Origin: Octopus vulgaris
Lineage: Eukaryota
Assembly (NCBI GenBank): GCA_951406725.2
Contig: OX597821.1
Span: 63,984,001 to 64,048,000 of the forward strand
Length of the DNA stretch: 64,000 bases
Direction of reading: 5' to 3'
Below, one piece after another: positions 13,969 through 28,251 of the stretch. Numbering within the stretch: the first letter of the stretch is position 1; the number at the start of each line of letters is the position of its first letter. The notes below the pieces were generated by a model that was given only the letters and a program-made list of their open reading frames with translations, searched no databases and was not told where the DNA came from. A program made the translations under genes and the position numbers.

Positions 13969-14420
13969 GCGCAGGAGTGGTTGTGTGGTAAGTAGCTTGC
14001 TTCCCAAATACATGGTTCCAGGTTCAGTCCCACTGCGTGGTATCTTGGCCATGTGTCTTCTACTATAGCCTCGGGCGGACCAAATCCTTGTGAATGGATT
14101 TGGCAAACGGAAACTGAAGGAAGCCTGTCTTATATATCTATATATGTCTTATATACACACACACACACATATATATATATATATGTGTGTGTGTATGTGT
14201 GTGTATATATTTGTGTCTGTGCTTGTACTCCCAGCATCGCTTCGCTTGACAACCTATGGTGGTGTGTTTGCGTCCCCGTAACTTAGCGGTTCGGCGAAAT
14301 AGACCGATAACTACTAGGCTTACAAAGAATAAGTCCAGGAGTCGATTTACTCGACTAAAGGCAGTGCCCCAGCATGGCCGCAATCAAAATACTGAAACAG
14401 GTAAAAGAGTGAAAAAAGAG
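13969..14420 (+). mobile_element. tRNA-derived SINE family 1 (internal microsatellite)
   Basis: A box tggttgtgtgg, B box ggttcagtccc, conserved tail ..cagcatggccgca..ctgaaaca. Partial copies at 13283-, 14894+, 45965+, 58773-, 61125+. Confidence 0.9.
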
Positions 14421-14854
14421 TATGTGTATGTATCACTGTTTGACTCAGCTCCACATTACTTGAAGTTTCGTTGCCGCGTAGCATCCGTCTTTATCATAAA
14501 ATAGTAGGATATCAAGTCGTGGAGCAGATTAAACGTGGTAAATTAGTATATATATATATATATATAACTCCTACAAAAGCGCTCCGTTACATAATCGATG
14601 TTGAGGGGCAACATTTCCTAATGGCATCTTCTCTCACACTTGCTACAAATATAACACGGGTAACCTTAGCTTGTTTCTTCTAATTCGTCACTTCTTTATC
14701 TCTCTTCATTTTCTCCTGCGATTACTTTATCGAAAACGTTGGAGTCATGCTTAACGAATAATGCACTTAGCAAACACTTTAGCAATCTCCAACAAGGAAC
14801 GACACCAAAAAGATAGTCGAGTGCTACGATCTTTTGTTTCTATTTTCAATCGTA

Positions 14855-14894
<40 letters not shown>

Positions 14895-15038
14895 GCGCAG
14901 GAGTGGCTGTGTGATAAGAAGCTTGCTTCCCAACCACATGGTTCCTGGTTCAGTCCCATTGCGTGGCACCTTGGGCAAGTGTCTTCTAATATGGGCCTTG
15001 TAGATTTGGTAGACGGAAGCTGAAAGAATCCCGTATAA

Positions 15039-15072
<34 letters not shown>

Positions 15073-15127
15073 CTATATACATATATATAAACCTATATAC
15101 ATATATATAGATCTATATGCATAAATC

Positions 15128-15209
<82 letters not shown>

Positions 15210-16903
15210 TATATGTATATGTAAAAAAATACAAACTGGGACAAGAACGCAAAACATTTAGAAGACGATACAAAAAACACGGACGTGACATTCGAAGCCT
15301 TCAATCTTCAGTCAAGAACCGGATCATCCTCGCAATTTCGGCTGATTAATCTTGAGATTGCTCCGACCTGGCCAGCTCCAAACGAAAATCTAAGCCACGC
15401 GCATTAGATTCCTTGGAAGAAAGCCTCGAATGTATACAAAACAAGGACGGGAACGAATAAGAATACAAAAATACGTAAAAATAATAATGATAAGAATAAT
15501 AACAAAAACAGGACGTCACAGAGAGACGTCTTTTCGACAGGACGGGTAAATATATATATAATTCTTGGATGGTGTTTTCGGACGATTACTGTCTCTGTCA
15601 GTATATTTGTATACAATCATATGTTTTGACTATAGCATTAGAGCATTGAGCTCATATTTCTAATAATGTATGTGTTTCTAGACACATTTAGTCACATTTA
15701 GTGACAATTATAGTTTTCCTTTTTGGTGAAACATTGCAAACTGCTGTCTATATTAATATATATATATATATACACACACACACATATACATACTTACAAA
15801 TGTGTGTGTGCATGTGCGTGTGTGTGTGTAGTTAAATAAGAAAGAATAATCGTTTGATATATATATATAGTAGAAAGAAGTAATATATTAATGCAGGTTT
15901 ATAGCTCTGATGTAGCCTAGAACTTTGTTTGTTCGGAGTTCCACACATCGATCATTCGACCGTAGAGTGTCTAGTAATCCATATGCGAAATGCTGAAGAG
16001 CGCTGATGTAGGCTTTATATAACTTTGCGTATGTATGTGTGCTTGCGTTTGAGTGCTTGTGTTCTTCTGAACTATTAATGCATATGTTTGCATATTTTTC
16101 AAGTTATATATGTATATATATGTATTTTTTTTTTCTTTAGATTCGTAAAGTTCGTCTCTCGGTTTTCTTTTTCACTTTCATCTTTCCACAAAATTTCCAC
16201 TACTTTTATTCTTGTTTATCAAACACATACATCTGTCACTATCTTAACCATCATAACAAACATTACGTTTCAGTATTTACATTTCTGTCATTTTTATCAT
16301 TTCCACCACCACCATCATCAGCAGCAGCAGCAGCAATAACAACAACAACAGCGTCGCCATCACTAAGCTAATTTCAAATAACATACACATTTGATTATTC
16401 CTATCATCAATCTACTATAAAATCTCACTACTATATCTCATGTCACATTGTCAACTCATGAAGCCATCTGTTTGTCGCAGTTGTCATTTCCTCAAGCAAT
16501 CAATTACTCCGAATAACATGTCAACATAACTGATCAATACGTTATAGTATTTACTTCGAGCTGTAATCGAGCTTGTGTCATCTCATACGGCTCATCCCCT
16601 ACGCATGTATTTATTTTTATATTAAGTAACTAGTTCACCGTTTTTCCACGGGTAATAACAAACGTTTGAAATTGCTCTACTTCACCCATGTTTCACTTTA
16701 AAGTAAAACATGCAACGACTGGACATATGAGAAGGAGCGGAGTTCAAGTCATGATATAAAAGCAGCTAAACTGCGTCGGTGGAAAAACTGGGAAGTAACG
16801 AAGGACATGAGTCCAACACGTGTGTATCTATTCAGCTATTTATTAATTTATCAACATATGCATATACTTACAAACAATTATACGTGCATACATACATACA
16901 TAC

Positions 16904-16961
<58 letters not shown>

Positions 16962-16962
<1 letters not shown>

Positions 16963-17165
16963 CTTTTACTTGTTTCAGTCATTTGACTGTGGCCATGCTG
17001 GAGCACCGCCTTTACTCGAGCAAATTAACACCAAGACTTATTCTTTGTAAGCCCAGTACTTATTCCATCGGTCTTTTGCCGAACCGCTAAGTTACGGGGA
17101 CGTAAACACACCAGCAACGGCTGTCAAGCGATGTTCAGGAGACAAACACAGACACACAAACATAT

Positions 17166-17216
<51 letters not shown>

Positions 17217-17355
17217 TACGACGGGCCTCTTTCAGTTTCCGTCTACCAAATCCACTCAGAAGGCTATAGTAGAAGACACTTGCCCAAGGTACCACGTAGT
17301 GGAACTGCACCTGGAAACATGTGGTTTGTAAGCAAGCCACAGAGCCACTCCTACG

Positions 17356-17358
<3 letters not shown>
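16962..17358 (-). mobile_element. SINE family 1
   Basis: Reverse-complement match to family. Confidence 0.9.
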
Positions 17359-17398
<40 letters not shown>

Positions 17399-17589
17399 GT
17401 TAATTGCTCGAAATACGAAGTAGAGAAACAGCCGACAACTGATGTAGGGACGTTTTTTATGTTGCTTGCTTTTGTTTCGCATATCTTTCTTTCGTTGTTT
17501 GCAAAAACACAGCGCGTATTCTGTTTTCGTATTTCGTATTTTATGTTGTTTTCGTATTTCATGTTGTTTACGTTCTATTGGTAGGCAGA

Positions 17590-17830
17590 AGGCAGCGAGC
17601 TGGCAGACGCGGCGAGCTGGCAGAAGCGTTAGCGCGCTGGGCGAAATGCTTAGCGGTATTTCGTCTGCTGTTACGTTGTGAGTTCAAATTCCGCCGAGGT
17701 CGACTTTGCCTTTCATCCTTTCGGGGTCGATAAATTAAGTACCAGTTACGCACTGGGGTTGATGTAATCGACTTAATACCTATGTCTGTCCCCTCTGTGT
17801 TTAGCCCCTTGTGGGTAATAAAGAAATAGG
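17590..17830 (+). mobile_element. SINE family 2 (alternative tail)
   Basis: Family head and core; tail gtcccctctgtgtttagccccttgtgggtaataaagaaat. Confidence 0.9.
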
Positions 17831-17887
17831 TATGCATGTGCATATACACCTATATGTATGTACATATATTTATATATTATTTATATT

Positions 17888-17921
<34 letters not shown>

Positions 17922-18059
17922 TATCACTCTCCCAGTATGTTCGTCTGTCAAACTATATATGTATGTGTGCGTGTACATATATATATACATACACATTCGC
18001 ACACACATATCTATATAATCATATAGGTGTGTGTTTATGTAAATATGTATATACATATA

Positions 18060-18497
18060 GGCTTAGGCGTAACTGTATGTTGAGAAGCTTGCTTCCCAAC
18101 CACATGGTTCTGGGTTCAATCCCATTGCGTGTCACATTGGGCAAGTGTCTTCTACTATAGCGTAAGGCCGACAAAAATCCCTGTCAGTGGATTTGGTAGA
18201 CGGAATCTAAAAGAAACTGAAAGAAGCCCATGACATACAAGTGTGTATGTTTCTATGTGCTTGTGTGTGTATGTGTGTGTGTGTGTGTGAAAGTATGCCT
18301 CTGTGTTTGTCTTTGTCCCCCCCACCTCTCCACTATCATTTGACAACTGGTGATGGTGTGTCTATGTCCCCGTAAATTATCGAATCGGCAAAAGAAACCG
18401 ATAGAATAAGTACCAGGCTTAAATAAATAAGTCCTATGGTCTATTTGTTCGACTAAAACCTTTTAAGGTGATGCCTCAGCAAGATAAAAGTTAAAAG
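18060..18497 (+). mobile_element. SINE family 1
   Basis: Match to family. Confidence 0.88.
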
Positions 18498-18692
18498 TGT
18501 ACACTGTCGCCTATTGGTACGATCAGTAAAAAGTATCCATTCCAGTAAGAGATAAATACCATTTAATGATTATAGACAATATATGTGTTATACGTGAGCT
18601 ACTTCAAGTTTTCATACTCGTATATTGTATGCACTATTGAACAACGAAACTTGAATTAGATCGCCTGTAATTCCTACATTCATTAAATGATA

Positions 18693-19573
18693 TGCGAGGT
18701 TGGGCTTAAAAGTTTTTAGGCTGACCACGATGCAATGGTCGAACTTGACCAAATGTGTTTATATTTTTTGACTTTATCTTCCCTGCGGTCCATACACTTC
18801 TTCCATCGATGATGCAGCGCTTCTATTCCCATGGTATAAAAGCCCTTATCCTGACTCTGGAACAGTCCTCAACAGCAGATATGACAATATCATCGGTTTA
18901 ATACTGCTTCCCAACCAAATGTTTTTTTCATGTTGGAGAAGATAAAATTACCACAGGTGCCACAGTCACGCACAGCAGCCATTGCAACCACAGAATTGTG
19001 CGCAGGAGCATTGTCCTGGTAAAGTAGAAACCCATTAGCTATCTGATTAAAGTTTAAACATCTGTCATCAATCACCATGTGATAAACACGTCGATGGTTT
19101 TGGGGTGGTGGCTGTGACAGAACGTCCGGAACTTGGGTCATCTTCAAGACTTTCCCAACCCGTCTTGAATTTAGTTGCCCACTTTTGCACGGTTTATGAA
19201 GCTGGAGCATCATCCCCTAATGTAGCAGCCATGCCTGCATGAGTGTCCTTCGGGCTACCCCCTTTTTCTACAGATATTTGATACCACCACGGTGCCAATT
19301 TCATCCATTTTCACGAAATGTGTATAGTACCACCTTTCCAAGTCCTCAATTCTGTACCCAGTGTGGGTTTATCTGGGAAGAAATCATGCATTTAGCATCA
19401 GTAAATGTTGAATTCAATATGTGTAAAGTTTACTTATTATATGTTCGACTAAAGCCCTTTAAGGTGATGCCTCAGCAAGATAAAAGTTAAAGGTGTACAC
19501 TGTTTGCCTATTGGTAGGATCAGCCTATGAACTTTTCTTAGTCAGCCTATGAACTTTTCAGCCCACCCTTGTA
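18693..19573 (-). mobile_element. Mariner-family DNA transposon remnant
   Basis: QDNAPAH motif. TIRs cgaggttgggcttaaaagtttttaggctgac / gtcagcctatgaacttttcagcccacccttg followed by TA. Confidence 0.85.
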
Positions 19574-20665
19574 TATGTTTGTGTGTATGTGTTGTTGTGA
19601 GAAAGGAATAGAGGGCGAGTTTTCAATTTTTCATTAACCTGCATTAACTGCTTATTCCCGAATGTGATCAACACTTGAGCTTACGGAGAAAAAAACTACC
19701 CGGAAACCTCCATACCACACGTCAACATCTTCATAATAAATGATGATGCATTTTTTAAAAATCGGTTTTTTTTATATGATGCTCAAAATTGAAATTATAT
19801 TTTCCTTTCACATGATTCTCCAATATTTTAAAAATATTAGGTAACACAGGCTTACAGAATTATCATTCTGAATAGCAACACAATAAGCCGATCAGATATG
19901 AACATGATATTTTCTATTTTCGGGCAGTTTCAACTGACACAATGGTTTAAGACTTAAGGGAAATGTAATCTTACAAAACAGCAAAATCAGGATGAGCGTA
20001 CGAATGGATTATCAACAAATTTAGCGTTGTTGTGATGTTTCAAATGAATTTTTACATGTATATACTTTTCATAATCATGATGATGATGTTTCAGGCCAAA
20101 ATATATGCTATGAATAGACTGTTAGTTTATAATAAATAATCTATACAACATGTAATGCCTCAGTGACTTCCAGACACTTTACTCAATATAGGTTTAGTGT
20201 CGAAACCACAATGATTTCCCATAGACCAGCTGATGATGAAATCTCTAAAACTATTTGAATTAAATTATTGTTAATTTAGGGCTTATGTAGTGGCTTTTAT
20301 GCCCTTATTTCATATTCGTATTTTTATGTACTTTATTTTCCTCTTCAAACACTTTATCACCATTTGTCAAGTTCTTGGAACTTCTCCTATTGCCTGGCAT
20401 CACGCTAACTCTAGTTTAAGTGGTTTTGTTGTCTTTTATTGTTATGTTAATGTTTATTGATTTTTACATTTATTGAATCTAGGTTATGGTTTATTTTACT
20501 TTTAGTGTTGGGTCTGCGCAAATTTAATGCTATGCAGAATTTACTGTGTTACATATTCACTAGAAATTAGGTTATAATGGATTTATACATGTGTGTGAGT
20601 GTGTGTCTGTGTGTCTGTGTGATGTATGTATATATATATACATATATATGTGTATATAGACAAAC

Positions 20666-20734
<69 letters not shown>

Positions 20735-20939
20735 CACAGATAGATAAATAGATAGCTAGATAGATATACAGAGAGAGAGAGAGAGAGATAGGAGGAGAGA
20801 GAGAGAGAAAAAGAAAGGATAAAATTGACATTGAACGATCACATGGAGTTGAGAAGTTGTGAATGCCTGAATACTCCTTTTGGAGCATGGTAATCTAGAA
20901 CCTTGTGTTATTCATGTAATGAATTTTTTTGCAGCAATC

Positions 20940-21343
20940 GAGTGGCTGTGTGGTAAGTGGCTTGCTTAGCAGCCACATGGTTGTGAGCTCAGTCCCACTG
21001 CGTGGCACATTGGGCAAGTGTCTTCGACTATAGCCTCGGGCCGACCAAAACCTTCTGAGTGGATTTGGTAGACGGAAACTGAAAGAAGCCTGTCGTATAT
21101 ATATACAAGTGTGTGTGTGTGTATGTTTATGTGTCTGTGATTGTCCCCCCAACATCGCCTGACAACCGATGCTGGTGTGTTTACGTCCCCGTAGCTTAGC
21201 GCTTCGGCAAAAGAGACCGAGAGAATAAGTACTAGGCTTACAAAGAATAAGTCCTGGGGTCGATTTGTTCGGCTAAAGGTGGTGCTCCAGCATGGCTGCA
21301 GTCAAATGACTGAAACAAGTAGAAGAATAACAGAATAAAAGAA
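20940..21343 (+). mobile_element. SINE family 1
   Basis: Match to family. Confidence 0.9.
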
Positions 21344-21377
21344 TGTAAATCGCTTGAATAATATACATGTGTGGATA

Positions 21378-21428
<51 letters not shown>

Positions 21429-21616
21429 AGCTAGCTAGCTAGCTATCTGCCTCTTTCACTCACTTGAAATCACCAGGTTCAATTTAATCACTATAGACTC
21501 GTACGCGCTAAGCCTTCTAAGCGAAACCGAGCAAGCGTAAAATGCATTCGGACTAATTGCACTTGTGATACGAATGTGAAGACCTATCACTAACGTGTCC
21601 AGCCAAAATAAACCTT

Positions 21617-22215
21617 ACACTAATCCCTCGACTGTCGCGGGTGTTATGTTCCAAAACCTCCCACAGAAATGATTAAAAATGTAAAATATATAAATACCTA
21701 TCGGCTGCAGAAGCCCTCGATATACTGAGGATTCCACGACATAAAATTACATATATTAGCCAGAAAAATCCGCGATGTAGGCGTAGGAGTGGGTGTGTGG
21801 CAAGTAACTTGCTTACCAACACATTGTTCCGGGTTCATTCCCACTGCGTGGCATCTTGGGCAAGCGTCTTCTACTATAGCCCCGGGCCGACCAAAGCCTT
21901 GTGTGTGGATTTAGTAGACGGAAACTGAAAGAATCCCGTCGTATTTATGTATATATGTATTTATGCTTGTGTGTGTGTGTGTGTGTATGTTTGTTTGTCT
22001 GTGTTAGTCCCCCCAACATCGCTTGACAACCGATGGTGGTGTGTTTACGTCCCCGATAGAATAAGTACTAGGCTTCCAAAGAATAAGTCCTGGGGTCGAT
22101 TTGTTCGACTAAAAGGCGATGCTCCAGCATGGCTGCAGTCAAATGACTGAAACAAGTAAAGAGAGTGTAGTGAGTGCGTGACAGGTGAACCGCAATATGG
22201 CGAGGGATCACTGCA
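21617..22215. mobile_element. Tigger/pogo-like MITE split by a SINE (21780-22165)
   Basis: Homology to 10225-10710 resumes after the SINE. Confidence 0.7.
21780..22165 (+). mobile_element. SINE family 1 nested in MITE
   Basis: Match to family. Confidence 0.9.
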
Positions 22216-23359
22216 CTCTGTTTCACTTGTTTCGGGAAATAAATTGAAGGTATGATCGTTTATGGAATGGCCATTCGCTTTAATTAGGAAATTTGCTCCT
22301 ATTCAAAACCGACGGAGGATCTCTTCTCATTATTTTTATACATATCCGCTAGGTGTACCATATAAACATACTTAAATAGAATTAATTATGGCTGGCTCTT
22401 CTGTTGGTTGACTGAAATTATATTTCTGGCGTTTGACCTCGATTCACTCACCACGTATAACTTGTCGCAGTCATCTGTTACTAGAATCTGTTGCGGTAAC
22501 TGTCTGGCTAATTAGTTGTCTTCCAATTAACGGATAATTATTTCAACGCGATATATTAATTTGAAGAATGTGCTTATGACGAAGATGAGGATTAAGAGGA
22601 TTAAGATGATGATGAGTAAGAATAGAAAGAGATTTATTTATAGTAGTGCTAGACGTTTGCTTGAACAAATATAATTACAACTAAAGTATACACACACATG
22701 TATTGGAGTGTGTAAGCTTAAGAATACACACAAGGCGCAGAAATATATATATACATTCGCGCATCTAAATGCGTCTATGCATGTGTATACGTGTGTACGG
22801 GTGCGTACGTGTATTTAAATTAATGCAACATAAAATTCTCCACCGTGGTTTCTTCTAGTTACCGATGCCTTCATCAGACTACACGTTTTATTCATCTCAG
22901 TACTTTTTTTTCCTCGCGTAAATATTTTAGGATAGATAGAATATACCCTTTTCCCTTAGAGCACGAATTCTTAGATGGTAGAAAGGAGTTATTTTTTCTT
23001 GACTGACAACATTCACAAGAATTATTATGAAAAATGAATAAACCAATTTAGAAAAATTAAAAGAAATGTTTTTTTAAAGGAATATTTGTATAGTGTTCAA
23101 ATATAAGTGGCATTTTCCTTGTTTCTGCCTTGCTCTGTCTCTCTTGTTCACACTTGTGGGTTCGAGGTCGTTGTGAATTCTTGGTAGGGAAGAAGAAGAA
23201 GAAGGATGATGAGGAGAAGGGGGGGATTTGGGAGTGCCTTGATTGTTGTATTTTGAATGGTCAGTGGCAGCTAGCAGTTCATGAGAATATTTCTATTGAA
23301 AGGTTTGTTCATAGAATTTGCGTAGGTGTTATACTAAAAAGCATTAGTGATGAGGTTAG

Positions 23360-23407
23360 GAAGTAGAAGGGGGAGAAGAAGAAGAAGAAAAAGAAGGAGA
23401 AGAAGAA

Positions 23408-23442
<35 letters not shown>

Positions 23443-23488
23443 AGAAGAAGAAGAAGAAGAAGAAGAAGAAGAAGAAGAAGAAGAAGAA

Positions 23489-23532
<44 letters not shown>

Positions 23533-23588
23533 CGATGTTGATGATGCTGAAGAAGAAAAAGAAGAAGAAGAAGAAGAAGAAGAAGAAG

Positions 23589-23620
<32 letters not shown>

Positions 23621-23665
23621 GATGATGATGATGATGAAGAAGAAGAAGAAGAAGAAGAAGAAAGG
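23360..23665. repeat. (GAA)n/(GAT)n microsatellite within PLE 3' region
   Basis: Direct reading. Confidence 0.95.
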
Positions 23666-23799
23666 GGAGGGAGAATATGAATGAGTGGAAGTAGTGAGGT
23701 GTTGTATGACTTAAATTTGGCACGTTATGGGTTATAGCTGTGATTGGGGCTGATTTGTAATGGATTCTTAGGGATGTAATATTTGCATGTGGATTTGTG

Positions 23800-25600
23800 T
23801 TATTCTAAAGCCGAGGTGTATATTTCGTTTGTCCTAGACCCGTTCAGAAGGGGCTTATAATTTGTAATAAAGAGAGTTTCTTTACTTATTCGTTGGCTCG
23901 TGGTTGTATCGTCCTTGAATTGGTAGAGGGGGAAAATCCTGAAGTTTGGTGTTTTGTTGTTGGCGCAAGTATCTATGTGTTGGCTGAATGTTATTTTTCT
24001 GTTTTGGGGGATTTTTATCTGGGATCTGTGCAGGGCCATTCTTTTACGCAAACTATTTTTTGTTTGGTCTATGTACTGCTCTTGACACCCAGAGCAGGTT
24101 AGTATGTATATCAGGTTCTCCGAAGCACATGTGAAATTGCTTTTCGCTGTAAACCGTTGTCCCTGTTTGAAGGAGAACTCTGATCCCTCAATTAGATAAT
24201 CGCATATCCCGCAATTGGGTCTTCCACATTTTTTTACTGTCGGCTTCTGTGTTGAAGAGTGTATTCGGGCTTGTATTAGGAGACTTTTCATAGATTTAGG
24301 CTGTCTCTTGCTTTTTATGATCGTGTGTGTTTGGAGGATTGTGTTCATTCTGTGGTCTTTTTTAGCAGGGGTATGTTTTGGAGGATGGTGTCGAAGGCTT
24401 CATTGTTGAGAGGGTTGTGTGTGGAGATGTATGGTAAGGGTTTTGGTCGTAAAGTTTTCTTTGAGTTAGGATGTCTGAGTTCCTGGATGTTGAGTTGGAG
24501 GGCACGTTGAATGCATATGTCAATAAGTGAAGGTGGGTAGTTCCTGGTAATGAGGGTATCTTTTAGTTCTTGTAGTCGTGTGTCTCTGGTGTTTGCATTG
24601 GAAACTATAGTACATATCCTTTTTGCTAGATTGAAGGGGATATTCATTCTGGTGTGTCTGGGGTGGCATGAATTGAATGGAAGATATTGCTTAGAATCTG
24701 TAGGCTTATAGTATATATCTGCTTCTATTACATTATTAGATTTTTTAATAAGGATATCGAGGAAGGGGAGTTGTTGTTGGCTATATTCCACCGTGAATTA
24801 GAGGTTTACGTCCAGTCCATTTAAAATTGCTTGGAATTCTTTGAGTTTCTCTATATTTTCATGCCAAAGAATGAAGCAGTCATCTAGGTATCTCTTCCAG
24901 TTGTTTTCTATGTAGAGGGAGAAAGGACTGCCATATCTTTCTAGAACCTTACGATACAGACTGATTTCTAGATATCCCATGACTAGGTTGGCAAAGGAGG
25001 GGGCCATTCGCGTACCCATCGCAGTCCCCGATTTTTGTAGGTAGAAGTTGTCTTTGAAGGCGAAGAAGTTATTTTCCAGGGTGAATTTAACCCCTTCTAT
25101 CACGAATTATTTTTCGATAAGATGCGGACGTTCGTTGGCATGATTAGCTAGCCAGAATTGAATTGCCTCTATTCCTAGGTTGTGGGGGATATTGGAATAG
25201 AGGTTGACTACATCGAAGGATACTAGTAGGGTGTTTTTGTTTATAGTATTAAGAAGGTGATTGAGCATATCCAACTTGTCCCTTGGATAGCTTTTGACAT
25301 GTTTGAGGAGTGGTTTTAACAGGGTGTCTAAGAGGTTACTGAGGCGGTGGGTTTCGAATGCGGGACCTGTTATTATGGGTCTCAATTTGAGGTCATTAGG
25401 ATTAGGGACTTTAATTATTTTGTCTGTGGCTATTTTGCATGCGTTACTTATTTTCTCATTTTTGTGTATATTAGGAATACCGTAGAATTGGCTGGTTTTA
25501 CTTGTGAAATTGGTCATATAGTCATATTCTTTGTCGGTGAGCCCTTCTTTGTCGGGGTTTAACATGGATTTTAGTTCCCTCATTATTTTTTGTTGACTGT
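23800..25600 (-). pseudogene. Disrupted PLE RT/GIY-YIG ORF (two TAA stops, one frameshift)
   Basis: FDVVNLYSNIP, GTAMGTRMAP, RYLDD, SCHP, LIYILTCSGCQEQYIDQT. Confidence 0.92.
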
Positions 25601-25816
25601 ATTTGGAAGGTGATTGAGCATATCCATTTCATCCTCATCATCCTTCTTCTTCTTCCCTACCAAGAATTCACAACGACCTCGAACCCACAAGTGTGAACAA
25701 GAGAGACAGAGCAAGGCAGAAACAAGGAAAATGCCACTTATATTTGAACACTATACAAATATTCTTTTAAAAAAACATTTCTTTTAATTTTTCTAAATAT
25801 AATTATTTAATCGTTA

Positions 25817-25854
25817 CAGTTGAAAAGGTCTCAAATTGACTGAAACCGGTACTG
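25817..25854 (+). ncRNA. Minimal hammerhead (U3-A8 variant) in second PLE terminus
   Basis: cag-TTGAAAA-ggtc(tcaaatt)gact-GAAA-ccgg-TA-ctg. Confidence 0.65.
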
Positions 25855-25944
25855 AAATGTTCTTTATAAAATTATTTTAGCATTTTCTATTTTGACTTAT
25901 TTTTTCATATATATCAACCCGTGTGTTCCTTTTCATCCTTATAC

Positions 25945-26020
<76 letters not shown>

Positions 26021-26049
26021 AGATAGCATGAATGTTATATATATGAAAA

Positions 26050-26450
26050 TATTCTTTTCTACTCTAGGCACAATGCCCGAAAGTTTGGGGTTGGGGCCCA
26101 GACGATTAGAGCGACACAAGTATGTAATTCGTGCTTAGCTTATCGATCTCGAAAGGATGAAAAGCAAAGTTGACCTCGGCGGAATTTGAACTTAGATCGT
26201 AAAGAGAGGCGAAATACCTATTTCTTTACTACCCACAGGGGGCTAAACACAGAGAGGACAAACAAGGACAGACAAACGGATTAAGTCGATTATATGGACC
26301 CCACTGCGTAACTGGTACTTATTTAATCGATCCCGAAGGATGAAAGGCAAAGTCGAGCTCGGTGGAATTTGAACTTAGAACGTAACGGCAGACGAAATGC
26401 CGCTAAGCATTTCGCCCGGCGTGCTAAGGTTTCTACCAGCTCGCCGCTTT
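26050..26450 (-). mobile_element. SINE family 2, two adjacent copies
   Basis: Match to family. Confidence 0.88.
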
Positions 26451-27413
26451 ACCTCAAGTATATATTGCAATTGGATTGCTTATGTTCAGTCCATTGCAGA
26501 ACGAAAGCCTCAGCTTGTTCTCCCCACCAACCACGGTCTGATGTAGAGGCCGGGAATTTGATCTTATAATCATACAATTAAAGACACCAAAACTAATTTT
26601 GTCTCAAACCCCAAATGCAGCTCAATCAATTATAGAAATCTCCAAGATCAGATATGTTAACAAAATGATCGTTAACAATTTTAATAATATTATCAGATAA
26701 GCTACCAACATACCATGATATAACATCAGCAACTCTGATGTTAGGCGATTTAATCATCTTAGTTATTAGCATACAGCTTGCTTCTTTCAATTTGACATTT
26801 TTGAACTTTATCCTTCAATCTTTCAATTGCTTCCACCCAGCGCCCGATAATTTGCTAATTCAAATTAACGCAACATGTTCAAATAGCTCTCTTTGCTTGT
26901 GATATCGTTAAAATTGATTTCCTGGAGATAATCGGTTATTTTCTTTCACCTGGATCACATGTTTTCTGTATGAGTCCTAAATATACTCCAAAATTTGTAA
27001 CTACAATAATATTTAAATTTAAGCCTCAAAGATATATTCGTTCATGAAATTATAGAGGAAACTAAACACATTGCGACATGGTTGTCTGTCTCCAAGCATT
27101 AATTCTTCAGTCGAATAGCAAATTTGGCATAAATTTCAGTAAAACGCTGATAAAAAAAAACATTCAGACATGAAGTCTCCAAACATGTTCAAATGTAATG
27201 TACAGAACGGCGTCCGCAGAAGAGTTCCTTATTAATTAATATCTCCCCTTAGTTGTAAAAAAAAAGTTCGCAACAATTGTTAGCGATTTGAAAAGCCAAC
27301 TGAGACCCTTTTCAGGGGATTATGGATTCATTTATGGATTCAAGATTAGTCAACAGTTCGACATTTTACTGTGATCATTGACAGTGATACGGAAGACGGT
27401 ATGACCTATACAC

Positions 27414-27464
<51 letters not shown>

Positions 27465-27668
27465 AAATTAATAATAGAAGGGTAAGATTTATTAATTAAA
27501 TTAATTAATTAATAATTTTACAAAGTAGGTCGATACGTTAAAATAACCTTTATAGGTAAAACTATCCACATAACTATAATTAGGGTTCAGCTAAATGAAG
27601 CAGTTAGCTGAATCCTAATTATAATTATATATATACATACATACATACATACATATATATATATATAC

Positions 27669-27714
<46 letters not shown>

Positions 27715-27722
27715 GTATATAC

Positions 27723-27808
<86 letters not shown>

Positions 27809-27810
<2 letters not shown>

Positions 27811-28201
27811 CGCAGGAGTGGCTATGTATTATGAAGCTTGCTTGCTAACCACTTGGTTCAGAGTTCAGTCCCACTGCGTAGCACCTTGACACAAATGTCA
27901 TCTACTATAGCCTCGGGCCGAACAAAACTGTGTGAGTGATAGACATAAACTGAAAGAAGTCCGTCGTATATATATTTATCTGTGTGTGTGTGTGTGTGTC
28001 TTTATGTCTGTGATTGTCCGCCACCACAACCTAACAACAACTGCTGGTGTGATTATGTCCACGTAACTTAGCGCTTCGGCCCAAAGAAACCGATAGAATA
28101 AGTACCAAGCTTTAAAAGAACTACATACTGGGGTCGATTCATTCGACTAAAAACTCTTCAAAACAATGCCACAGCATGGCTGCAGTCTAATGAGGGAAAC
28201 A
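27809..28201 (+). mobile_element. SINE family 1
   Basis: Match to family. Confidence 0.88.
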
Positions 28202-28204
28202 ATT

Positions 28205-28249
<45 letters not shown>

Positions 28250-28251
<2 letters not shown>

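Larger units (their letters stand above)
23046..25950 (-). mobile_element. Second, decayed Penelope-like element with inverted 3' copy
   Basis: Collinear ORF pieces 25107-25583, 24798-25103, 24345-24791 and 23800-24348 carry RT and GIY-YIG motifs. 23046-23215 is inverted at 25632-25798. Right end abuts (TA)n. Confidence 0.93.

Noticed and set aside
23334-23723. Poly-Leu/His ORF
   Set aside because: Translation of the (GAA)n/(GAT)n tract
23800-25583. Selenocysteine read-through in the PLE ORFs (reported for some Naiad PLEs)
   Set aside because: The interruptions are TAA stops and a frameshift, not UGA at Cys positions. The intact PLE has no in-frame UGA and no convincing SECIS was seen.
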